Source: an uncultured Ignavibacteriales bacterium (lineage in GTDB: Bacteria > Zixibacteria > MSB-5A5 > GN15 > FEB-12). Taken from it: a stretch of DNA of 64,000 nt. Under the pieces are notes generated by a model. The model worked only from the letters and a program-made list of their open reading frames with translations, was not told the origin of the DNA and ran no database searches. Shown here in pieces: positions 1 to 8,820 of the stretch. A program made the translations under genes and the position numbers. The stretch lies in the NCBI GenBank assembly GCA_964397415.1, contig CAYNIJ010000001.1, forward strand, positions 522,345 through 586,344, read 5' to 3'. The first letter of the stretch is position 1. Every line of letters begins with the position of its first letter.

Positions 1-993
1 GGCAAGGCTATCGAAGCGCGGCGTGAGATTCAGGTCGGAGCCGAGTGCGCCGGTATATCGGCCGGTCCAACTCTCCATCAATACCAGCACTATATTTGGA
101 CGGAAGCCAAACTTTTCGGGAGCGGAGACCTCGCGCAAAAGTGACTCGCTTGGTTCCAGCCACCGTTCATTTGGCATACCGAGTATAGTTTGGACAGTGT
201 CGAGAGCATCATCGGTTGGAATAAACGGGAAACGGAAGCGCTCAGGTGTATAGACGAGGCGAGGGTCATGCCCTTCCTCTTTGAATGCTTTGCCGAGCGT
301 GTAAACGCCGTTCAGCCCCAGTTGATTGACGAATTCGTTGTCGCTGATGTAGGCGACACCCCAATCGATCGGGGAGAGGCCGGTTCTTCCACGGACTCCA
401 AGAAAGAGAAGAGCGAAGGCGATGATGAACCAGACGATTTGCGTTGTCCACGAGAAGCGCAAAGGTAACGGCTCCGTCTTTTTCAAAAGGTATCTGAAAA
501 GAAGAAAACAAGCAGCCGTCAGCACAAGCCAAGCGGCGATCGATGGCCAGAAGAGCGGGTCAGTGACCGTCACATGCCAGGTTGTTTTGCCGCCGGTCAC
601 GACATACTGCAGCGCCTGGAAATTGAGGTGCGAATCAAAATGGGAAAAGTATCTAATATCGGCTAATAGGACGAAGATCAGAAATGAGAAAGTGGCAGTC
701 AGATAGGTCAAGGTCAGATTACGTACGATCAATCTGGTTAGATTTAACCAAGGGAGGAGCACCAGTGGGACCAGGAGCGTCAACAGAATAACGACCGTGT
801 CAAAGCGCAGACCAATCAGGAAAACCTGCGCCAAGTCGTTTATGGATGGGTGGTCGGCGCGGTCGCTGAAGATGAGCAACATTGCCACGCGATAAGCGAA
901 GAATATCGTCAATCCCAAAAGGTAGGAGGTTCCGAGGAGAACCAGGAAGCGCGGTGGCCTGAGATAGTTACGCAAAGGAGCCGTCAGTCGCAT
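1..993 (-). CDS. LTA synthase/sulfatase-family membrane protein (3' end runs off the window)
   Basis: Not in ORF track; manual translation from ATG 993: MRLTAPLRNYLRPPRFLVLL..GLRFD..RGRTGLSPIDWGVAYISDNEFVNQLGLNG..RPNIVLVLMESW..LTPRFDSLA, typical TM + sulfatase motifs. Confidence 0.85.
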   Translation of the reverse strand, partial: MRLTAPLRNYLRPPRFLVLLGTSYLLGLTIFFAYRVAMLLIFSDRADHPSINDLAQVFLIGLRFDTVVILLTLLVPLVLLPWLNLTRLIVRNLTLTYLTATFSFLIFVLLADIRYFSHFDSHLNFQALQYVVTGGKTTWHVTVTDPLFWPSIAAWLVLTAACFLLFRYLLKKTEPLPLRFSWTTQIVWFIIAFALLFLGVRGRTGLSPIDWGVAYISDNEFVNQLGLNGVYTLGKAFKEEGHDPRLVYTPERFRFPFIPTDDALDTVQTILGMPNERWLEPSESLLREVSAPEKFGFRPNIVLVLMESWTGRYTGALGSDLNLTPRFDSLA

Positions 994-1038
994 AAGCGGA
1001 AATAACGGCTCCTCAATGAGAATGCAAGTAGAAGAATG

Positions 1039-1362
1039 TCAGCGGACATCCTCGAGTATGACGGCGGTGCCATAGGCCAACAGCTCGGCGGTGCCAGCCA
1101 TGATCATTGATGTCTGGAAGCGGGCCATGATGATGCCATTGGCTCCCATCGATTCAGCATCGGCAGTCATTCTATCGAGCGCCTGTTCTCGCGATTCGGC
1201 CAACAACTTGGTATAATTGTTAACCTCACCTCCGACCAGGTTCTTAAGGAACGCGAGAATATCCTGTCCGACATGGCGCGCCCGGACGGTGTTTCCTTTG
1301 GCCAGACCGATAACTTTGACGACACGTTTCCCCGGAATCTCGTTCGTGGTCACAACAATCAC
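1039..1362 (-). CDS. YbjQ/UPF0145 family putative heavy-metal-binding protein
   Basis: GTG start overlapping upstream stop; IVVTTNEIPG..GNTVRARHVGQD..GGEV..YTKLL..SREQAL..ELLAYGTAV. The 5' extension in the ORF track is a shadow of the anti-sigma gene. Confidence 0.9.
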   Translation of the reverse strand: MIVVTTNEIPGKRVVKVIGLAKGNTVRARHVGQDILAFLKNLVGGEVNNYTKLLAESREQALDRMTADAESMGANGIIMARFQTSMIMAGTAELLAYGTAVILEDVR

Positions 1363-1802
1363 TTGATTACCTCCCGGTAGCGGTCGTTTTTGTAGGCGAA
1401 GATGCGTTCGCGAATGACTGAGATGGTCAGGACGATCAGACCGCACAGAAGTCCGGTCACGCCGATCTTGACGATCCAGGAGATACGGGAGTCGGCGTAG
1501 AGCGTAGAGAGCATCTGGATCACGCCATAACAGGCGAGGATCGCGGCGCTGGCGGAAAAGAGTATCCAGCCGAGTCCGCGCTCGGTTTTCTTGTAGAGGG
1601 ATGACCAATAGGTCTCCCAGACTGCGTCAGGTAAGTCAGCGTACTTCACAGAGTCGGTCACCCTCTTCAGTTTGGTGAATTGCTCCAGCTCATCCCGCAA
1701 TTGGGGATTGCGCTGGAGTTCCTGTTCGAATTCCGCGCGTTCCGCCTCGGACAGTTCGTCATCGAGGTAGCCCGCCAGAAGTTTGTGCCACCGTTCATCC
1801 AT
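1359..1802 (-). CDS. Membrane-anchored anti-sigma factor (zf-HC2-like N-terminus lacking Zn ligands, 2 TM helices)
   Basis: LLAGYLDDELSEAERAEFE motif; overlaps the ECF sigma stop. Confidence 0.8.
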   Translation of the reverse strand: MDERWHKLLAGYLDDELSEAERAEFEQELQRNPQLRDELEQFTKLKRVTDSVKYADLPDAVWETYWSSLYKKTERGLGWILFSASAAILACYGVIQMLSTLYADSRISWIVKIGVTGLLCGLIVLTISVIRERIFAYKNDRYREVIK

Positions 1803-2352
1803 CGGTCTGCCTCATCAGGTTGGCCAGTTTTTTTCTGGCGTAGTAGAGGCGGGACATGACTGTTCCGCGGGGTATCCCAAGAGTTGAGGCGATCTCATCG
1901 TAGGACATCCCGCGAAAGTGCTGCAGGGTGATGATCTCTCGATCGTCAAAATCGAGTTGCATCAGCGCTGCGCGAAGTCTCTGCAAGGTCTCCGCCTCGA
2001 TGACCTGGTCTTCAGGTGAGGACGCGTCGGAGACCAGATACTCCGTGTCCTCGATCGGCTGTGACCGTTTTGCGGCGATCTGCCGACGTCTTAGCCAGGT
2101 CTTGCTCAGGTTGGCGATGATCGCATGGAACCAGGGGAGGAAGGGTTGCTGCTGGTCGTACGTATCCGCCGAGCGATAGACCCGGAGGAACGCCTCCTGA
2201 GAAATATCATAAGCATCCTCGCGGTTACCGACCATGCCGAGCGCAGTCCGGAAGGCCATCTTTTTATGTTTCTCGACCAACGCGGCGAGCGCTTTTTTGT
2301 CTCCGGATCTGATACTCATAACCAATGTGGTGTCGTTATCAACACGTTCCAT
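1795..2352 (-). CDS. ECF RNA polymerase sigma-70 factor
   Basis: Region 2 (DAYDISQEAFLRVY..F.PWFHAI) and region 4 (GMSYDEIASTLGIPRGTVMSRLYYAR). Confidence 0.95.
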   Translation of the reverse strand: MERVDNDTTLVMSIRSGDKKALAALVEKHKKMAFRTALGMVGNREDAYDISQEAFLRVYRSADTYDQQQPFLPWFHAIIANLSKTWLRRRQIAAKRSQPIEDTEYLVSDASSPEDQVIEAETLQRLRAALMQLDFDDREIITLQHFRGMSYDEIASTLGIPRGTVMSRLYYARKKLANLMRQTDG

Positions 2353-2485
2353 GCTTGTTTACTCCGATTACTCGCGGTTCGCGAAGTTATTCAATCGCTG
2401 CTACGAGTTTTTGGGTGCTGGGGTTTAGTTAATCGGTAGAAATCGACAACGCAAGTTTAAATATATGGCGGGAAAGGAGATAGCG

Positions 2486-3463
2486 ATGGCTTTCAAAGCG
2501 ATGGTTTTTGGCGTTCTGCTGTTGGCGGCTTCAAGTAGTGCTACCGGAGCGGCCCAGGATCCGCTTGTAGCGACGTATTCGATTGTCGCGTGGGATAGCG
2601 TGACCGGTGAGTTTGGCGCGGCAGTGCAGTCGCACTATTTCAGGGTGGCAGATGTCATTTGGGCGGAGCCAGGAGTTGGGGCGGTGGCGACGCAGTCGTT
2701 CGTTGATTTTTCTTACGGACCATTAGGCTTGGCGATGATGCGAAACGGCAAGCCGGCGCCGAAAGCGCTTGAAGGGCTACTGGCGAGTGATTCGACCAAT
2801 CAGGCGCGACAGGTGGCGATGATCGATCGGTTTGGTCGAGTTGCAGCGTACACCGGGCCGAGTTGTATCGACGCGGCAGGGCATCGCATCGGGATAGGGT
2901 ATTCCTGCCAAGCGAACTTGATGCTCAAGAATACGGTCTGGGATGCAATGGCAAAGGCGTTCGAGGGGACACGTGGTCCTTTAGCTGAGCGTATGATGGC
3001 GGCGCTGGAAGCGGCGCAACGTGAGGGGGGAGATATACGAGGGATGCAGTCGGCGGCCATTTTGGTCGTTACCGGGAAACCGACCGGTCAAGTTTGGAAG
3101 GACAGGCTGATCGATTTGCGTGTGGATGATAGCCCGGAGCCGCTGAGAGAGCTAAGGCGTCTTCTGGATCTGCACAAGGCATATCGGTTCGTTGACAAAG
3201 GAGACGAACTGGTGACTGAGGGGAAGATTGATGAGGCTGAAGTCGCCTATGCCGAGGCTGCGAAGCTTGCGCCTGGAAACAACGAAATCCTCTTCTGGGA
3301 GGCGATGACATTGGTCCAGAATGGACGGACGGAGAAAGCGCTTCCGATTCTCAAGGCAGTCTTCAAGGCGGAGCCGATCTGGAAAGAATTGGTGCCGCGA
3401 TTGGTCAAACCGGGGTTATTGCAGAACGATCCAAAACTGATTGAACTTATCCTGAAGCTATGA
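2486..3463 (+). CDS. DUF1028 (Ntn-hydrolase-like) protein with signal peptide and C-terminal TPR
   Basis: TYSIVAWD..GAAVQSH..GAVATQS..GGDIRGMQSAA..DLRVDD; AAGGAG RBS before ATG 2486. Confidence 0.9.
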   Translation: MAFKAMVFGVLLLAASSSATGAAQDPLVATYSIVAWDSVTGEFGAAVQSHYFRVADVIWAEPGVGAVATQSFVDFSYGPLGLAMMRNGKPAPKALEGLLASDSTNQARQVAMIDRFGRVAAYTGPSCIDAAGHRIGIGYSCQANLMLKNTVWDAMAKAFEGTRGPLAERMMAALEAAQREGGDIRGMQSAAILVVTGKPTGQVWKDRLIDLRVDDSPEPLRELRRLLDLHKAYRFVDKGDELVTEGKIDEAEVAYAEAAKLAPGNNEILFWEAMTLVQNGRTEKALPILKAVFKAEPIWKELVPRLVKPGLLQNDPKLIELILKL

Positions 3464-3469
3464 ACACGC

Positions 3470-3509
3470 AAAAAGAGAGCGTGCGCTTCAGATGAAGAGC
3501 ACGCTCTCT
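3470..3509. terminator. Intrinsic terminator between convergent genes
   Basis: AGAGAGCGTGC..GCACGCTCTCT inverted repeat with A-tract. Confidence 0.8.
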
Positions 3510-3530
3510 CGTATTGGGTACTGATCCAAT

Positions 3531-5243
3531 CTACTTGAAAACGATGGGGAGGCTGAGCGTGTCCTGTCCTCGCTCAACAATTACTGTCGTGCTGTCGCCT
3601 TTGCTGAATTTGGTGAGAGCATTCATATAGGCAGACATATCATCAATCACCAGTGTGCCAAGACGAATGATAACATCGCCTTTGAGAATCCCCGCGCGTT
3701 CGGCCGGTCGGTCAGGGGAGACGCCATCGACTTTCACCCCCTTCACCTGCGCGATGTAATCCGGCATGATACCAAGAGTCACTTTGAAGGCGGCGCGCTG
3801 GCGTCCCTCGTCAGGGTCTTTGGTTTTCTGGAAGGTGAGCCGTGTGGTCAATGAATCAAAATGCCAGGTGATGTCGGAGACGAGTGAGACAACTTTGAAG
3901 ATGCCTTCCTGGTCGATCTTGTCCGGCGTGTCGCTCGGCTTATGATAATCGACGTGGGCGCCGGTGAAGAAATGGAGCACAGGAATATTGTTATTGTAGA
4001 AGGCGGTGTGGTCTGACGGGCCGGTTCCGGGCTCACGGAAGGCCATTTTCAGGCTGTCGCGCTTCAGGTCTTTGAAGTAATTCGTGAACTCAGTGCAGGT
4101 GCCAGTGCCAAAGACCGCCAGGCCATTCTCCTGTTCTTTCAGCCGCCCGATCATATCCATATTGAGCATCATGCGGGTTTTGGTCAGGTCGACAGTCGCG
4201 TTTTTGGCGTAGTACGAGGACCCAAGTATACCCGCTTCTTCGCCGGAATAAGCTGAGAAAAGAATAGAGTAGTGCAAATGATCTTTGCGTGACGCGAAGT
4301 AGCTGGCCAGTTCCAGAAGACCGGCGGTGCCGGAGGCGTTGTCATCGGCACCGTAGTGAATCTTCTTTTCTTTCTCGGTGTAACGGGAGGCTTCGGTCCC
4401 CCAGCCGAGATGGTCAAAATGCGCGCCGATGACGACAGTTGTGTCGCTGGCGGCCGGGAGATAGCCCAGGACATTGTAGCCGGTGTCTTTGATCGGGGTC
4501 AGTTCGACCTCGCCGGTGATGCCGGTGAACTTGGGCTCATCAAGCGGTTGGCCGAGGCGCTGGAGGGCGGCGTGGCGGATATGCATGATCGGAATATCTT
4601 TAGGAGTGATGTGAGTCATCCCCATTGAACGGAGAGAGTCATCTTCACCAGAGGGGGTGATGAAGAAGATAGCCGCGGCCTTGCGGTTAACGGCAGTCAG
4701 AATCTTGTCGGTGAGACTGCTATACTTGCTGAAGTCGATATGCGGATTGACTGAATCAGGCGGAGAGAACCTCTTGATGAGGACGGCCTTGCCTTCGACA
4801 TTAAGGCCCGCATAGTCGTTGTAGACACTGTCTTCGGTGACGATGCCAAATCCGACCGGTACGACCTCATCAAATGAAAACGGCTTACTTGCGGAATTGG
4901 AGACCGGCGTCCATTCTTCGATCAGCTTGAGTTGAGCTTTGTTGACCAACAGGCTGTTCTTTGGTCCCTGGCTGATTCGCTTGACGAACTCAAAAGGCTG
5001 GAGGTAACCATCGGTTCCTTTTGGTTCGAGGCCGGCCGCTTTGAATTGCGCGGCGATATATTGAGCGGCTTTCCATTCACCGGGTTCGCCGATCTCGCGG
5101 CCTTCGAGAGAGTCGGAGGCCAGGATTTCTATGTGTGTCTGGATTGACTGTGGGGTGATCTTGTAAGAACCAGTGCCGGCGGCAATTGCGAATGATGCCA
5201 CCAGCGGTGTCAGGATCCAGAGGCGGTTGACCTTCATTGACAT
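3531..5243 (-). CDS. M28 family peptidase with PA and C-terminal PDZ domains
   Basis: GAHFDHLG, GADDNASG, GEEAG, NMDMIG, SDH, YH motifs; PDZ LGIMPD..PAERAGILKGDVI; AAGGAG RBS before ATG 5243. Confidence 0.92.
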   Translation of the reverse strand: MSMKVNRLWILTPLVASFAIAAGTGSYKITPQSIQTHIEILASDSLEGREIGEPGEWKAAQYIAAQFKAAGLEPKGTDGYLQPFEFVKRISQGPKNSLLVNKAQLKLIEEWTPVSNSASKPFSFDEVVPVGFGIVTEDSVYNDYAGLNVEGKAVLIKRFSPPDSVNPHIDFSKYSSLTDKILTAVNRKAAAIFFITPSGEDDSLRSMGMTHITPKDIPIMHIRHAALQRLGQPLDEPKFTGITGEVELTPIKDTGYNVLGYLPAASDTTVVIGAHFDHLGWGTEASRYTEKEKKIHYGADDNASGTAGLLELASYFASRKDHLHYSILFSAYSGEEAGILGSSYYAKNATVDLTKTRMMLNMDMIGRLKEQENGLAVFGTGTCTEFTNYFKDLKRDSLKMAFREPGTGPSDHTAFYNNNIPVLHFFTGAHVDYHKPSDTPDKIDQEGIFKVVSLVSDITWHFDSLTTRLTFQKTKDPDEGRQRAAFKVTLGIMPDYIAQVKGVKVDGVSPDRPAERAGILKGDVIIRLGTLVIDDMSAYMNALTKFSKGDSTTVIVERGQDTLSLPIVFK

Positions 5244-5400
5244 ACTTCTCCTTATACACGCCAAATATCGTTCGCCGAATATAGGCGTGGGAAATCGGCT
5301 TGTCAGCCGGTTTTTGGTCTCGAAAGGTCCAAAATAGATTGCTTTCGGTGGACCCATACCTATATTGGGGGCCAAGTTAACAAGAAGGATCTGTTTGAGT

Positions 5401-6105
5401 ATGGCTGATAAATTTTGTCCTCAGTGCGGCGCACAGGTAGTAGGGGGCGCCAAGTTCTGTTCCGAGTGTGGTACGCCTGTCGGGGCCGGTGTTTCCAAAC
5501 CGGGAGGCAAAAAAGAGGCTCCCAAAAGCAGCATGCGGGACTTGATGATCGTGGTAGGTGTACTGGCGGTGGTAGCAGTCGGGTACTTTCTTATTGCGGA
5601 GAAGCCGGAGACGCCGCAGCGGCCGCCACAAGAGCAACAGCCACCACGGCAGTCGCTGGGTATGCAGTACATTGACCCGCACGCGGATGACAACCTGTCT
5701 ATGGCGATGCTGGACTCGCTTCCGAAGGATTACCAGTCGCTGATCCAGACAGCCTATCATTATCATGATATGGCGAGTCAGTCACGGAATACACAGCAGT
5801 TCGCGATAGCCGCCGAGATATATAAGCGCGCCCTGGCGATAGATTCATCGGACGCGAATGTACGCGTCGATTACGGCGCGGTGTTGCATGGAATGGGGCT
5901 TCCACAACGGTCGGTGGAGGAGTTTGGGAAGGTGCTGAAGACCAATCCGCGTCATGGGATCGCTAATTTCAATATGGGGATAGTGCATCACGATATCGGG
6001 AATGCGGACTCGGCCAAGATCTATTTCAAGCGCTATCTCGAGTACGAGCCGAATGGACCGGCGGCACAGTCGGCACAGGCGTTTCTCAAAGAACTTGGCG
6101 GCTGA
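5401..6105 (+). CDS. Zinc-ribbon / single TM / TPR protein
   Basis: FCPQCG..FCSECG, hydrophobic helix, C-terminal TPR-like repeats. Confidence 0.8.
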   Translation: MADKFCPQCGAQVVGGAKFCSECGTPVGAGVSKPGGKKEAPKSSMRDLMIVVGVLAVVAVGYFLIAEKPETPQRPPQEQQPPRQSLGMQYIDPHADDNLSMAMLDSLPKDYQSLIQTAYHYHDMASQSRNTQQFAIAAEIYKRALAIDSSDANVRVDYGAVLHGMGLPQRSVEEFGKVLKTNPRHGIANFNMGIVHHDIGNADSAKIYFKRYLEYEPNGPAAQSAQAFLKELGG

Positions 6106-6170
6106 TCGCAATTCGCTGAGTATTCGATTTTTGCATTGAATCGGGAGAGAGATTGATATTTCTTTCCCGT

Positions 6171-6881
6171 ATGACTCCGCACATCATCCAGAACAAATTG
6201 ATCGGTCCGTTAGTGGATCTGGTGTTTCCGGTGCTCTGTTTGGGGTGTGGTGGGCAGACCGATTCGCCGATCTCGGTATGCGATCGATGTCTTTCGGGGA
6301 TCGACCGGTACACCGAACCATTCTGCCTCACCTGCAAGCGGCAATTGTTTGACCGGCCAGATTGCCCCGACTGCGGTCGGGATTCTTGGCTACTTTATCC
6401 ATTCGGCAACTATATAGACCCGCTCAAAGAGATTATCATTTCCTTCAAGTTCCGGTCGCTTACCGGGGCATGCGATTTCGCGGTTGACGCACTATGTGAG
6501 CAGTTCGCGGAGCGGATATTCGCCCTTGAACCGACCTACCTGGTTCCGATACCGCTTCATCCGCTGAGACAGATGACCCGCGGATACAATCAGGCGGAGA
6601 TATTGGCGGAACGCATAGGTGAGAGACTGCAGATGCCGGTGGCAGATGATTTCATTGTGAGGAAGAAACATCGGCGGGAACAGGCGCGACTGTCCGAACA
6701 TGACAGACCGGCCAACGTGAAAGGTGTGTTCGAAGCGATGGCCGACGCCGACCCCGGTGAGCGGGTTATTCTGGTAGATGATGTCGTTACATCAGGCGCG
6801 ACCGTAACGGAGGCCCGTCGCGTACTGATAGAGGCAGGGTTTGAGGTTCCGGGGTGCATTTCGATAGCGCATGGACAGTGA
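6171..6881 (+). CDS. comF: ComF family phosphoribosyltransferase-like protein
   Basis: N-terminal CxxC clusters, PIPLHP.R...RGYNQAE, VILVDDVVTSGAT; start 6171 or 6153. Confidence 0.9.
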   Translation: MTPHIIQNKLIGPLVDLVFPVLCLGCGGQTDSPISVCDRCLSGIDRYTEPFCLTCKRQLFDRPDCPDCGRDSWLLYPFGNYIDPLKEIIISFKFRSLTGACDFAVDALCEQFAERIFALEPTYLVPIPLHPLRQMTRGYNQAEILAERIGERLQMPVADDFIVRKKHRREQARLSEHDRPANVKGVFEAMADADPGERVILVDDVVTSGATVTEARRVLIEAGFEVPGCISIAHGQ

Positions 6882-6887
6882 TCCGAC

Positions 6888-7799
6888 ATGTATGAGATAG
6901 CGATCAACGATTTCCTGCAGTATCTCCGACTTGAACGCGGAGTTTCGGCGAACACGCTAATGGCGTACCGTCGGGATCTGATCGGATTTGGCAAGGAGAC
7001 AAAGACAACCGATCCCAAAGCGGTGACCTCGGCCTCGATAACCGGATATTTCAGCAAATTGAACGCGAAGGGGTCGCGACCGGCGACACTGGCGCGGAAG
7101 ATATCCTCGCTCAAGCAGTTCTTTGATTATCTCCGCGAACGGAATGTGGTCGCGGAGAATCCTGCGCAGGTTTACAGCGCGCCAAAGATCGCGCGGTATC
7201 ATCCGGATTACCTGTCGCCGCGAGAAATAGAGAGCATCATCAACGCGATCGATGTTTCATCGGAGGCGGGGAAACGTGACCGGGCGATGATCGAACTTCT
7301 GTACGGTTGCGGGCTCAGGTTGTCTGAACTGCAGAGCTTGCATATCGAGGATGTAGAGTTTGAGGCGGGGTTTGTTCGGGTAATGGGGAAGGGGAGCAAG
7401 CAGAGGCTGGTCCCGCTTGGGGATTACGCGAAAGAGGCGGTTCTGGCCTATCTGGGCGCCTCTGAAGCCGGCAAAGGGGTCAGCCGTCCGCGGACCATCA
7501 TCCTGAGCCGATACGGGAAACCCTGTTCCCGGGTGGGGTTATGGAAGATCATCAAGCAGATGGTCAAAAAAGCCGGGATAGTCAAACAGGTAACTCCCCA
7601 TACTTTCCGCCATTCCTTTGCGACACATCTAATTGAGGGGGGCGCGGACCTTCGGGTAGTGCAAGAAATGCTCGGACATGCCGATATATCTACGACAGAG
7701 ATATATACCAGGCTGGACCGTGACTACATCATCGCCGAACACAGAAAATATCACCCTCGAGAACTGGCTGGTACCCGAACCTCGGGCGCCAAAAAGTAG
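6888..7799 (+). CDS. xerD: Site-specific tyrosine recombinase XerD
   Basis: ERGVSANTLMAYRRDL, RDRAMIELLYGCGLRLSE, GKGSKQRLVP, HTFRHSFATHL, LGHADISTTEIY, YHPR. Confidence 0.92.
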   Translation: MYEIAINDFLQYLRLERGVSANTLMAYRRDLIGFGKETKTTDPKAVTSASITGYFSKLNAKGSRPATLARKISSLKQFFDYLRERNVVAENPAQVYSAPKIARYHPDYLSPREIESIINAIDVSSEAGKRDRAMIELLYGCGLRLSELQSLHIEDVEFEAGFVRVMGKGSKQRLVPLGDYAKEAVLAYLGASEAGKGVSRPRTIILSRYGKPCSRVGLWKIIKQMVKKAGIVKQVTPHTFRHSFATHLIEGGADLRVVQEMLGHADISTTEIYTRLDRDYIIAEHRKYHPRELAGTRTSGAKK

Positions 7800-8730
7800 C
7801 CAGGTACTTCATTTTGCCGTTCGGCAGACCGGGCTAAGCCTTGATTTTCATCTCCAGCAGTTCTTCCGAACAAACCAGATATCGTTCCACTATTTCACCC
7901 ATTTTGACACGCTTACCGAGATCTCGCGCCACTTCCAATTGACCGCCATCATGATCGGGGGGAAAGGGGATTTCTATGAAGAAGTCCAATTGGTCCACTC
8001 GATCAAGCAGAATGTGTTTTTGTCGATTGTTCCGGTGATCCTCTTTCATCCTGATCCCGAGGTCAGCTCAGTGGTGGCGGCGTTTGAGAATGGCGCGGAA
8101 GAGTTCATTCACGGCGAGTGGATAGACCGCCTGGTCGAAGTCAGAATCCGTCGCGTGATAGAGCGGAGCCGTCGAGATATCGCGGTGAATCCATCGACAC
8201 AGCTTCCGGGGACAGCGATCATCGAGCGTGAGATACGGCACCATCTAGATATGCGGACGACCTTTGCGCTCTGCTATGCTGATCTGGATAATTTCAAAGC
8301 CTACAACGATTACTACGGTTACCACAATGGCGACAAAGTGGTGAAGCTGACGGCCAAGATACTTCGCGATGTGGTCTTTGATATCTGCCGCGAGGGATTT
8401 GTCGGGCATATCGCGGGAGATGATTTTGTGTTCATCATCCCGAACGATCTGGTGGATACAGCCTGCCAGTGGATAATCCGGACATTTGATTCAGTCATCC
8501 CGTACCGGTATGAAGAGGTCGACCGAGAGCGCGGGTGGATCTCAACCTTGAATCGCCGAGGTCAAAAAGAAGATTTCCCTCTGTTGACGATATCCATCGC
8601 GGTGATCGTGAACACGCACGGGCAGTTTCAGCACTTGGGCGAGCTCTCGAAAATGCTGGCCGATCTGAAGAAGGCGACGAAGCAGCGCCCGGGTTCGAAC
8701 TACCTCGTTGAGCGAAGACAGAAGTACTAG
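7678..8730 (+). CDS. Diguanylate cyclase-family protein (degenerate receiver + GGDEF domain, AGDDF variant); start uncertain
   Basis: DLDNFKAYNDYYGYHNGD, GHIAGDDF, N-terminal VPVILF..AFENGAEEFI receiver-like segment. Confidence 0.85.
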   Translation: MPIYLRQRYIPGWTVTTSSPNTENITLENWLVPEPRAPKSSQVLHFAVRQTGLSLDFHLQQFFRTNQISFHYFTHFDTLTEISRHFQLTAIMIGGKGDFYEEVQLVHSIKQNVFLSIVPVILFHPDPEVSSVVAAFENGAEEFIHGEWIDRLVEVRIRRVIERSRRDIAVNPSTQLPGTAIIEREIRHHLDMRTTFALCYADLDNFKAYNDYYGYHNGDKVVKLTAKILRDVVFDICREGFVGHIAGDDFVFIIPNDLVDTACQWIIRTFDSVIPYRYEEVDRERGWISTLNRRGQKEDFPLLTISIAVIVNTHGQFQHLGELSKMLADLKKATKQRPGSNYLVERRQKY

Positions 8731-8758
8731 AAAATCACTGATAGAAAGTTTGAGATCG

Positions 8759-8790
8759 AAAAAGGGAACTGCGAATACGCAGTTCCCTTT
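8759..8790. terminator. Bidirectional intrinsic terminator
   Basis: AAAGGGAACTGCG-AATA-CGCAGTTCCCTTT perfect hairpin between convergent genes. Confidence 0.85.
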
Positions 8791-8820
8791 GGCATAAGAT
8801 CACATCTGGTAGACTTGCTA

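Noticed and set aside
23-706. Short ORFs at the window start
   Set aside because: They overlap the real minus-strand LTA synthase-family gene
6888-7799. Tyrosine recombinase as integrase of a mobile element
   Set aside because: XerD-type sequence in a housekeeping operon; no att sites or cargo seen
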